NCBI GenBank assembly: GCA_963748825.1
Contig: CAVVKN010000012.1
Location: 1-64,000 of the forward strand
DNA length: 64,000 bases
Source: Methanotrichaceae archaeon
Lineage (GTDB): Archaea; Halobacteriota; Methanosarcinia; Methanotrichales; Methanotrichaceae
Direction of reading: 5' to 3'
Positions 21,224 to 34,141 of the stretch are shown one piece after another. Positions within the stretch are counted from its first letter, which is position 1; every line of letters starts with the position of its first letter. Under the pieces are notes generated by a model, which saw nothing but the letters and a program-made list of their open reading frames with translations, searched no databases and was not told where the DNA came from. The translations under genes and the position numbers were made by a program.

Positions 21224-22207
21224 ATGAAATATAGCAAAATTTTGATATTTATGACCGTGCTCGTCTGCCTTGCGTTTCAGGCATTCGCACAGTCTGACCC
21301 ACTAGGCGGAAGTTCCGCTAGTGGCACAATGGGATCGAGCGGAGATTATCTTAGCCCCAACATGGGCCAAATGCGCGGTACAAGTGATCCGGGACTGGCT
21401 GGCATGTTGCATTGGCTCGATACGCCAGTACCAAACTTCCCCTGGTATACTACGGGGGGTTCCTTCTACAGCCAAGAGTATAGCGACGTCACGTTCTCGC
21501 CTTACACAGAGTACTATACAACTACTGGTACGCCTGTAGTAGGTGGGATAGTAAGCAATCCTACTAAGTTCGATATAACGCAGAAAACGCCTTCCACTGT
21601 GTACTACGGTGCCGGTGTAGGGTTGCCGTACACCCAGTATGCATCCACAGTGCCATCCAAGACCAATGACCTATGGGTCCAGGGAGCAACAAACTGGACA
21701 CAGTATGTGGTAAGTCCAGTCGGAACATGGCTACAGCTAATCGCTTACGCACCCGTCGAAGGACCAGCAGGCTTCTATGAGATGATCCAGACAGACACAA
21801 CCAGTTCGAAATACAAGACTTATCAGTTCAACCAGGGTTATAACACCATGAACTTCAATGCCGACCAGGTTGGAAGACACATGCTCTACTTTGTGGTAAA
21901 CAACCAGCCCAGCAATGTAGTCGTTGTGGATGTATTTGCCCAGGCACCAGCTGGAAACGCAGGGGTAAGCATTTATCCGGCAGCAAAACAGACACCACCA
22001 GTAACCGTTCTTGGCAATTCAAACGGCTTGACTACTACAACCACATCAGATGGACTAACCACCACTACATCCAATGGCCAGACCACCATTACGCCTGGTG
22101 GTCAGACTACGACAACCTCTGATGGAACTTACCAAACAACGACGAGTTCCGATGGAACTACTGTCATATCCAACAACGGCCAGATGACAACGACAAGCTC
22201 CGGTTGA
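21224..22207 (+). CDS. Secreted hypothetical protein with Thr/Gly-rich tail
   Basis: Signal peptide MKYSKILIFMTVLVCLAFQAFA; repeated (N/D)GxTTTT tail. Confidence 0.75.
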   Translation: MKYSKILIFMTVLVCLAFQAFAQSDPLGGSSASGTMGSSGDYLSPNMGQMRGTSDPGLAGMLHWLDTPVPNFPWYTTGGSFYSQEYSDVTFSPYTEYYTTTGTPVVGGIVSNPTKFDITQKTPSTVYYGAGVGLPYTQYASTVPSKTNDLWVQGATNWTQYVVSPVGTWLQLIAYAPVEGPAGFYEMIQTDTTSSKYKTYQFNQGYNTMNFNADQVGRHMLYFVVNNQPSNVVVVDVFAQAPAGNAGVSIYPAAKQTPPVTVLGNSNGLTTTTTSDGLTTTTSNGQTTITPGGQTTTTSDGTYQTTTSSDGTTVISNNGQMTTTSSG

Positions 22208-22255
22208 ACTGCTGTCAAATCCATTCAACGCCGATAAAGAGAGAAGGGGAGAGAG

Positions 22256-22330
22256 GTCGGAGGAACTCCTTCACTGGAGCGATGGGAGTCCCGAAGTCCG
22301 ACAATTTGTTAATTTTTCTAATTTTGAAGA
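22256..22330 (+). terminator. Stem-loop followed by T-rich tract
   Basis: gtcgga...tccgac stem with inner ggaactcc/ggagtccc, then aatttgttaatttttc. Confidence 0.4.
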
Positions 22331-22651
22331 ACAACATATATTTCAGATCCAATAGCAATCAACTAAAATTAGAAAAATTAGGATGATGTTGGTTTTTCCC
22401 GAAAAATATTGCACGAAATGGTGTCCGTCCAGCAGAGGCCGGTGCCCGATGCATCTCCTTCTCAATAATCAAAGTCCAAGTACTGGCCTTAGCGGAATTT
22501 GCAGATGAAATAATCCCCGAAGGCATGCTCTAGGCCATCTATGGCTAATAGGATCAATTTATCTCAGTCGACGTTATGAGAAGCAGAGGCACAAAGATCG
22601 CGCAGTTGATGTTGAAAAGAATTGTTTTGATATCCCCGGATTCCGGTTTGT

Positions 22652-25600
22652 TCATGAGCCATCCTGAGTGAGTCGATATTTCCTCAGCACCTCGGCCAGT
22701 TCCTCTATTCTTACTGGTTTGCTGATATAATCGTCCATGCCGGCATCAAGGCACTTCTCCCGATCGCCTCTTAGAGCATAGGCAGTGATGGCTATTATCT
22801 TCGGCCCGTTATCCGGCCAGAGCTGGCGGATTATGCGGGTAGCCTCCAGGCCATCCATCTCAGGCATCCTCAAATCCATTAGCACCAGACCATAAGGCTG
22901 GCGTTCCAGGGCCTGCAGAGCTTCAATTCCATTAGCGACCACATCCACAGTGCAGCCCAGGCGTTTAATCATCTGACGCACTACCTTCTGGCTGGACACA
23001 TTGTCCTCGGCCAGAAGTATGTGCATCGGTCTGATCTGAGTCTTCTGGTTTACCTCGCCAGCTTGAGCTGACTTTCGAGAGAGTACACATATCAAAACCT
23101 TGTGAAGCTGAGAAGGTTTGATGGGCTTGATCAAGTATGCATCAATGATATCTGAAGCCATTTGATGATCTATGGAGGTTAGCAGAACCAATGGCATGGT
23201 CTTATCGATTTTTCTGATCTCTTTGGCCAATGTTGCGCCATCCATTTTTGGCAAATCTATGTCCAGCATAGCCACGTCAAAGTGGCTTCCTCTTTTGATC
23301 CAGTTAAGAGCGTCCTGGCTGTTCGATGCGATGAGAGGCACCATGCCCCAGGAATAAGCATATTCCCCCAAGATGCGACGGTTGGATTTATTGTCATTGA
23401 CTATCAGAACATTTTTGCCTACAAGCAGAGACTGAGCACCAAGCAATTGCTTCTCGGGCTGTATTGGTGCAATCGCAGCAATAATGGTGAAATGGAAGGT
23501 AGATCCCTTGCCAAACTCGGATTCTACCCAAATTCGTCCTTCCATGAGTTCGACCAGTTTCTTAGCTAGGACCAGGCCCAGACCAGTTCCGCCGTAATCG
23601 CGCGTTATTGATGCATCCACCTGGCTGAATGGCTGGAAAAGACGATCCATCTTTTCATTGGATATGCCGATACCTGTATCGGCAATAGCGAAATGTATCT
23701 CATAATTGCCATCGAGCTGATGGCCAGATACATTGAGTTTTACCTCGCCATTTGCTGTAAACTTCACTGCATTGCCCAGCAGATTAACCAGAATCTGGCG
23801 CAGCCTGTTAGGATCACCGATTATGTTTTCTGGAACGGTTCTGTCTATGATAATGGACAGGTTCAGGTGCTTCTCGGTAGCACAGGCTGATACCAGGTTG
23901 ATAGATTCCTCGATACAGCTATGCAGGTCAAAAGGCTGCTCCTCCAGAACCACTCTTTCCTGCTGCATCTTGGAGAAGTCCAGGATGTCGTTTATAACCA
24001 CCATCAACGCATCCCCGCTGATCCTGATGGTCTCAATAAAGTCCTTCTGTTCATCATTTAGAGATTCATCATCGAGCAGCAGGCTGGTCATGCCTATAAC
24101 TGCATTCATGGGAGTGCGGATCTCATGGCTCATATTGGCCATGAAATTGGATTTGGCCTGCGTTGCCTCCTCCGCGACCTCCTTGGCTTGCATAAGCTGT
24201 TGATTGATTTTTACAAGATCAGCGGTTCTTTCCTGGACCCTCTGCTCCAGCTCGTCCCTGGACCTGCGTAATGTCTCTTCAGCCAGCTTGAGACGGGTCA
24301 CGTCCGCACCGGCGATGACAGCGCCACGCACATGGCCCTCGGCATCGAATAGGGGCATGGCGCTCTCTATCAGGTGGACAGTTCTTCCGTCAGGGAAGAG
24401 CAGTTCCAGTTTCTCACCCATCACAGGCTTGCCGGTAGCAGTGGCGACCTGGGCGGGCATTTCTTCCGTCTTCAGCTCTACGCCTTTTTTGATAACCTTG
24501 TACATGACAGCGACGTCTTCAGGCGGGGCACTGCGAGAGACATTGGCGCCCCGTGGAGCTTTCAAGATCTGATCGGCATAGGCATTGCCGGTAATTCGGC
24601 TGCACTGCGGATCGTGTGCGATCCAGACGGCGACGGGCACTGCATCCAACACGACCTGCAGTTCTGCGATTCTGTCAGCCAGCTCGAGGGCAAGACGCTG
24701 GCGCTGCTCTTCAGCCTGTTTGCGCTCGGTGATGTCCATGAACAGGACCGCAAACTGGCTGGGCGCCGTGCGATAGGCAAACACCTGGTAGTGCCTACCC
24801 AGAGCAGGCGAGAAGTTTTCGAATTGGGCTGACTTGCCGGTGAGAGCGACAGCACCATACTCCCTGACCCATCGCGGATCATCGTCAGGCAAGACATCGT
24901 TGTGGTTTTTGCCGATCACATCCTCCCGCGTTAGGCCAGTAAGCCTCTCGAAAGCCGCGTTGACGTCGAGGAAACGGAAATCGCAGGGATCGCCTTTTTC
25001 ATCGCATACAATCTCATGCAGAGCGAAGCCTTCCGTCATCCCATTGAATAGATCGCGGTATTTCTTTTCACTCTGGCGCAGATTATCTTCTGCTTGCTTT
25101 CGCATCGTGATATCAAAAGTGGCAACTACGACTCGAAAATCTGGAAAAGGAAGAGAGACTGCGTTTACATCGGTCCAGATAACCGTATTATCTTCTTTGA
25201 TTATACCTATCATGGCATTCTGAACGATTCCTTCTCCTTCAGTTAGTGCTTTTGAGCTGGGGAATTCCTCTGGAGATATCTCCTTCCCATCAGGCTGAAT
25301 GTACCTTCTGCCAGAGTATTTTCCTTCCAGTAGCTCCTCCCTGGAAAGACCCAGCACTTTCTCTAAGGCGGGGTTAACAATAATGACTTTTCTTTCGTTA
25401 TCGGTGACAGAGATCCCTATCGGCAACAGGTTGAATAGAGCCCTCAATTTCCCTTCGCTTTCTCGAAGAGCCTTTTCCATTTTCTTTCGGTCTGTAATGT
25501 CTTGGCCCTGGGCAATGGTAGCAATGATCGTAGTTCCATTCGCGTCATAGATGTTGGCCGAATTCCATAAGACGGTTCGTATCGATCCGTCTGCATTAAG

Positions 25601-27487
25601 AATAGGGATCTCGACAACTTCCCAGCGTTCTCCAGACAGAGTTCGACGGATATGCTCCAAAGATTCTAGGCTGTTACTCTCCGGGAAGAGTATGTTCAGA
25701 GGCTCCCCGAGGGCTTCGGCTGCTCTAAGTCCAGTCAACCTCTCAAAAGCATGGTTGAATCTGGTGATCCTGAATGAGGGGTCCCAGACTATGATCGGAG
25801 CATTGGCATAGTCGATCAGGCTCTTCAGATAATCATGTGTCTCACGTATTGCATCTTCGGCCCGTTTGCGATCAGTGATGTTCTTTCCATAAACATTGAC
25901 ATAACCCAAATCAGCGATAGGAACGAACACGAGCGAATAAGCGATGCCACCGGGCATAATTTCAATTTCACTGCAGTTTCCAGATCGGAGGGTTTCCTGG
26001 ATAAGATTTCCATAACCCCCTGGTAGCTTCTGTCCTATCTGGCAGCCCCATTGCTCAAGCAGCAGAATGCTGCCTCTATTTGCGTATATGATAGTACCGT
26101 CTGCTGCTATTCTAAGGACAGGATTCGGGTTTTCGTCCGCGAACTTAGCCAGGCTCTCTATCTCTCTCATGGCCTTCCTGCGCTCTGAGATGTCGCGGAA
26201 GACAAGCACGACGCCGGTAGTTTTGCCATCTCGGTCATTTATTGGCGCACCGCTGTCGTCAATCGGAATTTCTGTTCCGTCCCTGCGCACCAATATCGTG
26301 TGGTTGGCAAGACCGACAATTACCCCTTTGTCGAGCACCTTGGTGACAGGGTCTTCAACTTTCCGGCGGGTGTGTTCGTTTATGATGTTGAATACATCCT
26401 TCGCCGGTTTCATCGAAGCCTCATGGAGGGTCCAGCCGGTCAATTCTTCTGCTATTTTGTTCATGAAGGTGATCTTGCCTTCAATATCGGTGGAGATGAT
26501 CGCATCGCCGATGCTCGCCAGGGTGGTTGCGTAGCGCTGCTCGCTCTTCTGCAGCGCCTTTTTAGCCTGCTCGCGCTCAGTAATATCACGGATGATGCTC
26601 AGAAGTACACGCTCACCCTCGATCACCGTTCCCAGCGAGCTGACCTCTACTGGGAAGGTGCTGCCATCTTTGCGTATGTGTTTGGTTTCGAAAAGGAGAC
26701 CCTCTGAATCAGCCAGTTGCATCTGGTTAGATACTTTTTCTAAGGTTTCGGGATCCCTCAGATCGCAAATATTCTTGGAGAGCAGCTCATCACGTGAATA
26801 TCCATAGGCGTTTATTGCAGCCTCGTTGGCCTCGGTTATACAGCCATCTCTGCCCATGAGCAGAATGATGTCCCGCGCATATTTCGAGATAAGCTGATAA
26901 CGTCCCAATATTCTCTCAGCCTTCTTGCGCTCGGTTATGTCGATAGCGGCGATCCGGCACTGTCTGCCGTTCGTCGAGCCATCCTCAGCGACTATACCCT
27001 CGATGCGAGCATAAACGGTAGGCTTTCCATCCTTTAGGAGGTTGAGTTCGCACGTTTGCTTGATGGATGTCTCAAACGCTTTTTTGCAGAAATCATCAAA
27101 AAAAGGACAGTCTTTGGGTGCCACAAAACGCTGAAAATGCCTGCCATTCATCAGGTTTCGCCTCTCCATACCCAGGAGTTTGGCTCCCGCCAGGTTGACC
27201 TCCTGGATCAGTCCCTGCGCATCGAAAGCAAACAATCCGATGGGGGCAAAGTCATAGAGGTCTGAATACTTCATAAGAGCATTTTCCGTCTCCAGTTTGG
27301 CGAGCTTCAGCTCTTCGTTTTGCATCTCCAGCTCAATCTGGTGGACCTGTAGCTCATGAACCAGAGCTCGGGCATCTTTGCCTTCCCCCTCAAAGCCGGC
27401 GGGATCGCTTCCGCTGCCCATCAAACGCTCTTCTGCCTGGTGACGCAGGTCACCGTTCTGATTTGATTTGGCTTTCTCATTCTTCAT
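22652..27487 (-). CDS. Multi-PAS hybrid histidine kinase with two receiver domains
   Basis: [20 protein letters not shown]-terminus (typical downstream of CheB/CheR), many PAS/PAC DITERK motifs, intact H/N/G boxes; start may extend to 27559. Confidence 0.92.
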   Translation of the reverse strand: MKNEKAKSNQNGDLRHQAEERLMGSGSDPAGFEGEGKDARALVHELQVHQIELEMQNEELKLAKLETENALMKYSDLYDFAPIGLFAFDAQGLIQEVNLAGAKLLGMERRNLMNGRHFQRFVAPKDCPFFDDFCKKAFETSIKQTCELNLLKDGKPTVYARIEGIVAEDGSTNGRQCRIAAIDITERKKAERILGRYQLISKYARDIILLMGRDGCITEANEAAINAYGYSRDELLSKNICDLRDPETLEKVSNQMQLADSEGLLFETKHIRKDGSTFPVEVSSLGTVIEGERVLLSIIRDITEREQAKKALQKSEQRYATTLASIGDAIISTDIEGKITFMNKIAEELTGWTLHEASMKPAKDVFNIINEHTRRKVEDPVTKVLDKGVIVGLANHTILVRRDGTEIPIDDSGAPINDRDGKTTGVVLVFRDISERRKAMREIESLAKFADENPNPVLRIAADGTIIYANRGSILLLEQWGCQIGQKLPGGYGNLIQETLRSGNCSEIEIMPGGIAYSLVFVPIADLGYVNVYGKNITDRKRAEDAIRETHDYLKSLIDYANAPIIVWDPSFRITRFNHAFERLTGLRAAEALGEPLNILFPESNSLESLEHIRRTLSGERWEVVEIPILNADGSIRTVLWNSANIYDANGTTIIATIAQGQDITDRKKMEKALRESEGKLRALFNLLPIGISVTDNERKVIIVNPALEKVLGLSREELLEGKYSGRRYIQPDGKEISPEEFPSSKALTEGEGIVQNAMIGIIKEDNTVIWTDVNAVSLPFPDFRVVVATFDITMRKQAEDNLRQSEKKYRDLFNGMTEGFALHEIVCDEKGDPCDFRFLDVNAAFERLTGLTREDVIGKNHNDVLPDDDPRWVREYGAVALTGKSAQFENFSPALGRHYQVFAYRTAPSQFAVLFMDITERKQAEEQRQRLALELADRIAELQVVLDAVPVAVWIAHDPQCSRITGNAYADQILKAPRGANVSRSAPPEDVAVMYKVIKKGVELKTEEMPAQVATATGKPVMGEKLELLFPDGRTVHLIESAMPLFDAEGHVRGAVIAGADVTRLKLAEETLRRSRDELEQRVQERTADLVKINQQLMQAKEVAEEATQAKSNFMANMSHEIRTPMNAVIGMTSLLLDDESLNDEQKDFIETIRISGDALMVVINDILDFSKMQQERVVLEEQPFDLHSCIEESINLVSACATEKHLNLSIIIDRTVPENIIGDPNRLRQILVNLLGNAVKFTANGEVKLNVSGHQLDGNYEIHFAIADTGIGISNEKMDRLFQPFSQVDASITRDYGGTGLGLVLAKKLVELMEGRIWVESEFGKGSTFHFTIIAAIAPIQPEKQLLGAQSLLVGKNVLIVNDNKSNRRILGEYAYSWGMVPLIASNSQDALNWIKRGSHFDVAMLDIDLPKMDGATLAKEIRKIDKTMPLVLLTSIDHQMASDIIDAYLIKPIKPSQLHKVLICVLSRKSAQAGEVNQKTQIRPMHILLAEDNVSSQKVVRQMIKRLGCTVDVVANGIEALQALERQPYGLVLMDLRMPEMDGLEATRIIRQLWPDNGPKIIAITAYALRGDREKCLDAGMDDYISKPVRIEELAEVLRKYRLTQDGS

Positions 27488-27507
27488 GGTCTTCTTCTCT
27501 TGTAATT

Positions 27508-30500
27508 TCAGGACTGATCTTTGCGATCCGTGATGTCTTCTATTGCGAGTAGAATCCATTGCGCTTGGCGGTCCGCCTGCACTATTTGCCGGGCATTGAG
27601 GAGCATCCTCTTGCGACCGATCCTTGGGAATTCATGCTCCATCAGGAAATCCTCAACCTGGGTGTTCTTGGGAAGCATTTTATCCAGAAGCTGCCGGAGA
27701 GCGGGAATGTCCCACTGTCTATTTCCCAGGTCGTAAAGGAGCTGCCCTTCGATCTCCTGGGGCGCCACCTGAAACGTCCTGTAGAACGCGGGATTGGCCG
27801 AAACAACTCTCAGGTCGCCGTTAAGCACCACCAGCGGTTCCCTAACCGTGCGGATGATGCCCTCTGCATACCTGGTGCGCTCCATCATGAGATCGGTCAT
27901 CTTTTTTAATTCTGTGATGTCTGAGAATGTGATCACAGCGCCATCGATGATGTTATTAGCTGTTCGATAGGGGATGATGCGCATCAGGTACCATGTCCCA
28001 TCCCTGGTCTGCACCTGAGTTTCCTTGAACACCAGCGTCTGCAGAACATCCCTCACATCTTGGATCAGATCTTTATACTCAAGGTTGGTTACGATATCTG
28101 TGATCGGACGCCCAGTGTCGCTCTGGATGAGGTTAGCGATCTTCGTCGCATAAGGCGTGAACCGTTTGATTTTCAGGTTGTTGTCCAGAAATATGGTCGG
28201 GATTTGCATGCTGTCGAGGAGGTTTTTCATATCGTTGTTGGTATTGAACAGTTCATCATTTTTGGACAGCAGCTCAGCATTGAGGGTTATCAGCTCCTCG
28301 TTGAGGGATTGCAGCTCCTCTTTTGAGGTTATCATCTCCTCATTGATGCTCTGCATCTCTTCGTTGGTCGATTGCAGCTCCTCGTTCGCGGACTTTAGCT
28401 CTTCCTGGGAAGTCTCCATCTCTTCAACGACACTCTGAAGGTGTTCCTTCGTGGATTGCAGCTCCATCTCGAGCTTGCCGTTGATGGCCTCCAGCCTGGA
28501 AGAAGATCTTAATTTTTTCTTGGAGGATTGAGCCACCTCTGCGAGCATTTCCACGTCCTCAAACAGGACCATCATGAGCCCGCGCATCACCTCTTGCTCC
28601 TCGAAAGGACTGACCGTGAGGTTGACCACCTGTTCGGACCCGTTCGTCTTGATCCGCAGGCCCTTAATGGTTGTCTTCGTCTTCTCGGTCATCACTTTAC
28701 GGATGAGCATTCCCAGCTCAGATCTCAGGCCCTCACGCGCCATGGCATAGATGTTCAAATTCGCTTTTCCGACAGGCGGTTCCAGGTATTTCCCCGTACG
28801 CCTGGTAAGGTAAAGGATGTCTCCCTTGTCATTGATGAGCACCACAGGAGGTGCGATGGTCTGGAGGATGAACGTCTGGGCTATCTCGATGACGCTGGCA
28901 TCGGAAATTCTTGGTGTGCTCACGATGCCTTGCCTGCGGACTTCAAAAGGCGGCCGCGACGTGGGAAATTCGATCAGCCCCTTGCGGGCGATGAGTGTCT
29001 CCCTGCGCTTGAAGACCTTCCATTTGTTGTCCAGCGGAGAGAAGAGATCGGTGTAGACTCCTATGGACTCGGAAGAGCCGATGAAGAGAAATCCTTCCGG
29101 ATTCAGGGAGTAGTGGAAGAGTGGCAAGAGCTTCTTTTGTGTCCCGGAGTTCAGATAAATGAGAAGGTTTCGGCAGCTGAGCAAGTCCAGATTGGTGAAC
29201 GGCGGGTCGATGAGAACGTTCTGCTGCGCAAAGATGATTAAATCCCTGATCTCTTTCTTTATACGATAATGATTGTCCTCTTCTGTAAAAAATCGTTGCA
29301 AGCGCTCCTGTGACACGTCTTCGACGATTGTTGCAGGGTAGGTACCCTGGCGAGCAAAGTCGATGGCATCTTTGGCTATATCCGTTGCATAGATCTGGAT
29401 CTTGAAATTTCCTCTAGGCAACAGATCATCCAGGCACTCTCTGAGAGCGATGGCGATGGAATACGCCTCCTCGCCGGTGGAGCAGCCGACCACCCAGACG
29501 CGGATGGTGCTCTCCCCCTTTCTTTGTCTTGAGAAGCTCTAAAATGACCTTCTCTTTCAGGACAACAAAAGCATCCGGTTCCCTGAAAAAGCTGGTCACG
29601 CCGATCAGAAGCTCTTTGAAAAGCAGATCGATCTCAGGGGAATTCTCCTGAAGGTAGCGGACGTACCCAGTTATATTATTAATTTGATGAATGTTCATCC
29701 GCCTTTCAATTCTGCGGAGAATTGTGCTCTTCTTGTAGAGGCTGAAGTCGTTTCCGGTTTGAGCCCGGATAAGGACGAATATCTTTTGCAATGCGCCAGT
29801 GGTTTTCTTCTCGGCAGGAGGCAGCTCCCCGGTTATCCTGTAGACGTGATTCACATATCCGAGCAGCTTTGCAGGCAGTTCGTTTGCCGGTGCCACATAA
29901 TCAATGAGACCGGTATTGATGGCGCTCTGGGGCATTCCGTCGTACTTGGCTGAACTTACGTCCTGCGCCATCGCCATACCCAGCTTCTCTTTGATGGCTT
30001 TCAACCCAAGGGTGCCGTCCGTTCCCATTCCGGAGAAAATGATGCATATGCTATTCGCTCCCTGGTCATCGGCCAGGTGCTTGAAAAAGAAATCGATGGG
30101 CGCCCGAAATCCCCTCGGCATGGAGGGCTCCAGTAGCTGGAGGGTTTTGTGCAGGATGGACATGTCCTTGTTTGGCGGGATCACGTAGACATGGTTCGGT
30201 TGAACTTTCATCCCGTCCTTCGCCTGAAGAACCTTCATGGTCGTGACGCGTGAGAGCAGCTCTGGCAAGATGCCTTTGTGAGTTGGGTCGAGATGGGACA
30301 CGATCACAAAAGCCAGTCCGGTATCATTTGGCATGTTTTGGAGGAATTGCTCAAAAGCCTCCAGAGAGCCGGCCGACCCGCCCATTCCCACGATGTAGAA
30401 GGACTTCTTTCGGTCATTCTCGTGGGGTGCGCTCTCTTTCGGCAGAGAAGCAGGTGATGTTTTGATGATGCTATCATTTTTTGGATCTTTATCTTCTGGT

Positions 30501-30580
30501 TTCATGCGAAGTTCTCCCTTTCTCGAAAGCAATAGCTCGCTTCTGTGCTGTATTTCCTCTGCCAGCTTGATCTGCCCCAT
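27508..30580 (-). CDS. CheB methylesterase/CheR methyltransferase fusion with coiled coil and PAS, split by a +1 frameshift near 29514-29518
   Basis: GGSAG, HLDP, SGMGTDG (CheB); [31 protein letters not shown] (CheR); removing one G from a G5 run restores [18 protein letters not shown]. Confidence 0.9.
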
Positions 30581-31037
30581 ACTTCTTGGACTTTCTGCTC
30601 GCCATCTATCCGCTTTATCAATTATCCTCGGTCTCCACTGTGGATGAGCTACAGATTGTGACCCAAACCTCCGCAGTTAAAAATTCGCTACTTTGCTCCC
30701 AAGCCTAACCAAGTCTAGCGATCATTCGAACGGATGCATTCTAATGCGCAATCTTCGTTTTCCCCTGATAGGTGCAATAAATAAGTATTCTTTTTCTGTA
30801 AGAGATCATCGATCCTCTGGTACATCGACCTTTTGAAGCTCGCCCCCCAGTTCGTTCGAGTGGAATCGCCAGCATCTCCGGCCACAGTCCAGTTCGCAGT
30901 ACGCATCAGTTCCTCAGGGCGCAAGTCTCGCTTTCAATGCCTTTTTTTGGAGGCTTGTAGGATTAGCCACATAGATATCATCGCCCACCATATCTGAAAA
31001 ATAGGTAGCCACCAACAGTGGATGCGTTCCGCTGATT

Positions 31038-31337
31038 TTATCGATTGCGTTGTGGCCATAGCGAATAATGACCACCGGGAAGAGGCGTTAGGATTTCTTT
31101 TTCAACGGCTTCTGCATTCGCCGCCTCTTTTGCATAAGCTGACTTTATGCCTGCTTCTATGGCCCTTACCGTCGAAATATTCCAGTTGTAAAGACGTGCA
31201 TCGTAGTAGAGGTTCAGTAAAGCTCCATCTTCTGTGCCAGCCTGCCCGACAGTGTCCAAGAAATCTTCAACATATTCCTTGTTCACTCCACGATGTGATG
31301 TAAAATTCTCTATTTCATTAATTGACAATGAATGCAT
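31038..31337 (-). CDS. Hypothetical protein
   Basis: AGGAGGT RBS; internally deleted paralog at about 11430-11556. Confidence 0.6.
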   Translation of the reverse strand: MHSLSINEIENFTSHRGVNKEYVEDFLDTVGQAGTEDGALLNLYYDARLYNWNISTVRAIEAGIKSAYAKEAANAEAVEKEILTPLPGGHYSLWPQRNR

Positions 31338-31554
31338 TCTGAGAAACCTCCTGCGAAAATCTATAATTTAAATGATACTGATCAAACTGCTCATATATTG
31401 TCGTCATATCCAGGAAATCCAAACTCTGATGAATTTTTTTAACTTCATATTTCATCTTCTGAGATATTGTCCATGATCACATCTTTGAGTAATTGCCTCC
31501 GATTCTTCTTTGTGGTTCACTACACAGGCAATTGGCACATTTGTATAAGCTCTT

Positions 31555-31592
31555 TATGGCACATATTGAGAATTATAGTACAAAATGTGAAC
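31555..31592 (-). promoter_or_regulatory. 38-bp conserved motif copy 5, upstream of TTATACAA
   Basis: + strand tatggcacatattgagaattatagtacaaaatgtgaac. Confidence 0.7.
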
Positions 31593-31619
31593 TATTTTGG
31601 CGCAATCGCATTGTTAGTG

Positions 31620-31960
31620 ATGGTCATAGATGATGAATATAAAATAGAATTCATAAAATTTGTATGTTTTGAAATTGAGCAAAGATATTCTATTGTGCTG
31701 ATACAATTTGGCACTGATGGCGACCATATGCATGTTTTTGTTGGGCAGCGCCAAAATATTCGCCTTCAAAAATTATGCAAATTATAAAAAATAAGGTTGC
31801 GAGAGATTTGCTTAGGCGTTTGCCCTGAAATTAAGAAACTACTTTGGTGAGGCATTTCTGGAGCGATGGCAGGTATATTGGTACTGTTAGTGATTAGTGA
31901 TAATGTGTTACATCAGATGTGATTAGAAAGTATATTGATGAACAAGGCACCAAAGAGAAC
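31620..31960 (+). mobile_element. tnpA: IS200/IS605-family TnpA (Y1 HUH) transposase remnant
   Basis: DGDHMHVFV (HUH), then broken frames APKYSPSKIMQIIK, FWSDGRYIGTV, IRKYIDEQG (catalytic Tyr); stops and frameshifts present. Confidence 0.8.
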
Positions 31961-32002
31961 ATCAAATCTTCGCTCAAGACATATTGACATATTAAGACAT
32001 CT

Positions 32003-33424
32003 CTAGCTGCTAAGCTGCCTGCCTACCGTTGAATCCATAAGCGCCAAAAATTCCTCTTTTGCCTGTGGCGGGATAGTCGCCCCGGCAGCTACATTGTGCC
32101 CCCCGCCCACGCCGCCCACCGCGCGCGCACAGCGCGACAAGGCATCGGCCAGGTCCAGACCCGATCTGACCAGATCCTGTGTGCCTCGCGCCGAGACTTT
32201 TAGCTCCCCTTCCGCGGTCCGGGCAAAGGCCAGGATAGGCCGGGAGCGATCACCCATCTGAAAGCTCATGCCGGCTACGATGCCGACGATGGTGTCCAAA
32301 ATGGCATCTCCGGCATCAAAGTACTGGATGCTCTTAAGGGAGGTGATGCCTTTCTCGCGGACGAGCTTCAGGCCGTTTACCAGATTCTGGCGGTGCTGGC
32401 CCAGCAGCCTTTGCGCCTCGCTAAAGGCTTCGTCTCTGTCGCCCATGCATACTTGCAGCCCCACGTCGGCGTGACCGTAACGAGCGGTAGCATTGAGAAG
32501 AGTCGAGTACTCGCTGGCGTCCCTCAGCTCCGTGCCCTCCTGTTCGCCTAAAAGGATGTAGACCTCTCCTATCAAGCGCTCCAGCTTGACATTGGTGATG
32601 CCGCTTCTTAGGCCCTTGCGAAGAATGGCTGTGACAAAGCTGGCCTTCTCCTCCTGGGATAGATCGATCCAGCGTCGCCACTTCTCTCCGCCCAGGCGTA
32701 TGCCGATCTCCTTGAGAAATGCGATGCAAGCGTCTTCATTTCCTGAAAGCCCGGGCAGGTACGGGTCCTGAGAGTACTCCAGCATCTTGTAGACCGGACG
32801 GGTCTGTCTGCCGAAGAACTTGATGTCCCGGGAGAAGGAAACGGCCCCTGCATTGGATCCGATCTCCAGGATATGACGGTTGATGCCGACCAGCTGGCCG
32901 CGTGCCATGTCCTGCAGATCTCCCACAGCCCCCACCACCGCTAAAGCTGCCAGATCATCATTGCTGCCAGGCGTAGATGCCAGCGCCCGGGCCAGGAGAA
33001 AAGAGGTTCCGCTGCCGCTGAGCTGTGTTGCCCCATCAGCGCCTACAAGATGGGGATTGATGTGGGCTATTGGACGGGCCTCACAAGCGGCAGGCTTGTG
33101 ATGATCGGCCACTACCGCAGAAATGTTGCGATCGCATATCTGCTGAATCATTCCGCTGCCAAGATCCGTGAATATGACCAGATCGGCACCGTGATCTGCA
33201 ACCTCGTTTATCGCCGCATCATCAAGCTGGCGGAAAAATTTGGGCTGAAAGTCCAAGCCGCACCTCTCCAGGGCGGTGCAGACTATAGCCGCTGCCGTGA
33301 GCCCATCCGCATCTACGTGAGAGACGACGAGAAGATTCTTTTTCGTCTTGATCTCCTTTGCAGGGCTCTTGCATAGCTCGCAAAGCTCGCGATACTTTCC
33401 GGCGATCTCCTGGTTGTCCTGCAT
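32003..33424 (-). CDS. DHH/DHHA1 phosphoesterase, archaeal RecJ/GAN-like
   Basis: HVDADG, DLGSG, DHH, GAVGD, GGGHNVAAG. Confidence 0.9.
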   Translation of the reverse strand: MQDNQEIAGKYRELCELCKSPAKEIKTKKNLLVVSHVDADGLTAAAIVCTALERCGLDFQPKFFRQLDDAAINEVADHGADLVIFTDLGSGMIQQICDRNISAVVADHHKPAACEARPIAHINPHLVGADGATQLSGSGTSFLLARALASTPGSNDDLAALAVVGAVGDLQDMARGQLVGINRHILEIGSNAGAVSFSRDIKFFGRQTRPVYKMLEYSQDPYLPGLSGNEDACIAFLKEIGIRLGGEKWRRWIDLSQEEKASFVTAILRKGLRSGITNVKLERLIGEVYILLGEQEGTELRDASEYSTLLNATARYGHADVGLQVCMGDRDEAFSEAQRLLGQHRQNLVNGLKLVREKGITSLKSIQYFDAGDAILDTIVGIVAGMSFQMGDRSRPILAFARTAEGELKVSARGTQDLVRSGLDLADALSRCARAVGGVGGGHNVAAGATIPPQAKEEFLALMDSTVGRQLSS

Positions 33425-33475
33425 ATCTATCGTAACTTTGATGGAGTGTTAATAAATCTTTGGCGCAAGGCGAAA

Positions 33476-33940
33476 CTAATCGGCTATCATTTGTACGCTA
33501 TCATTTTGCGGGGTAAGGTTTATTTTTGCGGCCCAGGTCGTCCCCAGCAGGCGGAAGCTTCCTGGGCTTTTAGTCATCTGAGGATAGTCGCGAATAGTAA
33601 TCTCGTGGGCGACAGGTATCTTCGTAAAGAGGAACTGGTCTTCGATGGAGACGTTCTCGGAGTTGTTGCTGACAAAAACATATTTGTTCATGACCTCGCC
33701 GCTTCCTCGCACTCTTCCGGTAGCCTGCGTGCTCTCATCCGATCCCATTTTAAAATCGGTCATTACTGTCCCGGTACCTACAACGTTATGGCTGTAATCA
33801 ATATCCATATTTGCAGAAGTGACATATGCTACAGCCATCAGCATCGTCAGAGCTAAAATCAGCAGAGCTAGAGGGAGCGGGGCGTAGTTGAGCTGAAGCG
33901 AAAAAGCGTTTCTTTTTTTCATGTTTTCATTGCCTGACAT
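33476..33940 (-). CDS. Secreted hypothetical protein
   Basis: N-terminal hydrophobic signal followed by a beta-rich region. Confidence 0.7.
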   Translation of the reverse strand: MSGNENMKKRNAFSLQLNYAPLPLALLILALTMLMAVAYVTSANMDIDYSHNVVGTGTVMTDFKMGSDESTQATGRVRGSGEVMNKYVFVSNNSENVSIEDQFLFTKIPVAHEITIRDYPQMTKSPGSFRLLGTTWAAKINLTPQNDSVQMIAD

Positions 33941-34141
33941 TTCTCATGCTTGGCCCGTTTTATGGCGAACCTGACTCATGCGGGCCTGTTTCATGCCTGC
34001 CTTATCTTTATCCTTATTTAAGTCTGCGGCAATATTGTTGCCCGCTTTCATGTTTCAGTATCAGGTTTCAGTTTCATTTCTGATATTGCAGCCAAACAAA
34101 AAGGCATTACTATATGGCCAAGAAAGATAACAAAGATCCTC

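Noticed and set aside
22256-22302. SECIS-like element
   Set aside because: No in-frame UGA selenoprotein candidate nearby; a terminator-type hairpin is the simpler reading.
29505-29525. Programmed frameshift in CheB/CheR
   Set aside because: It needs a +1 correction in a G homopolymer, and other indels in the window make a sequencing error or simple mutation more likely.
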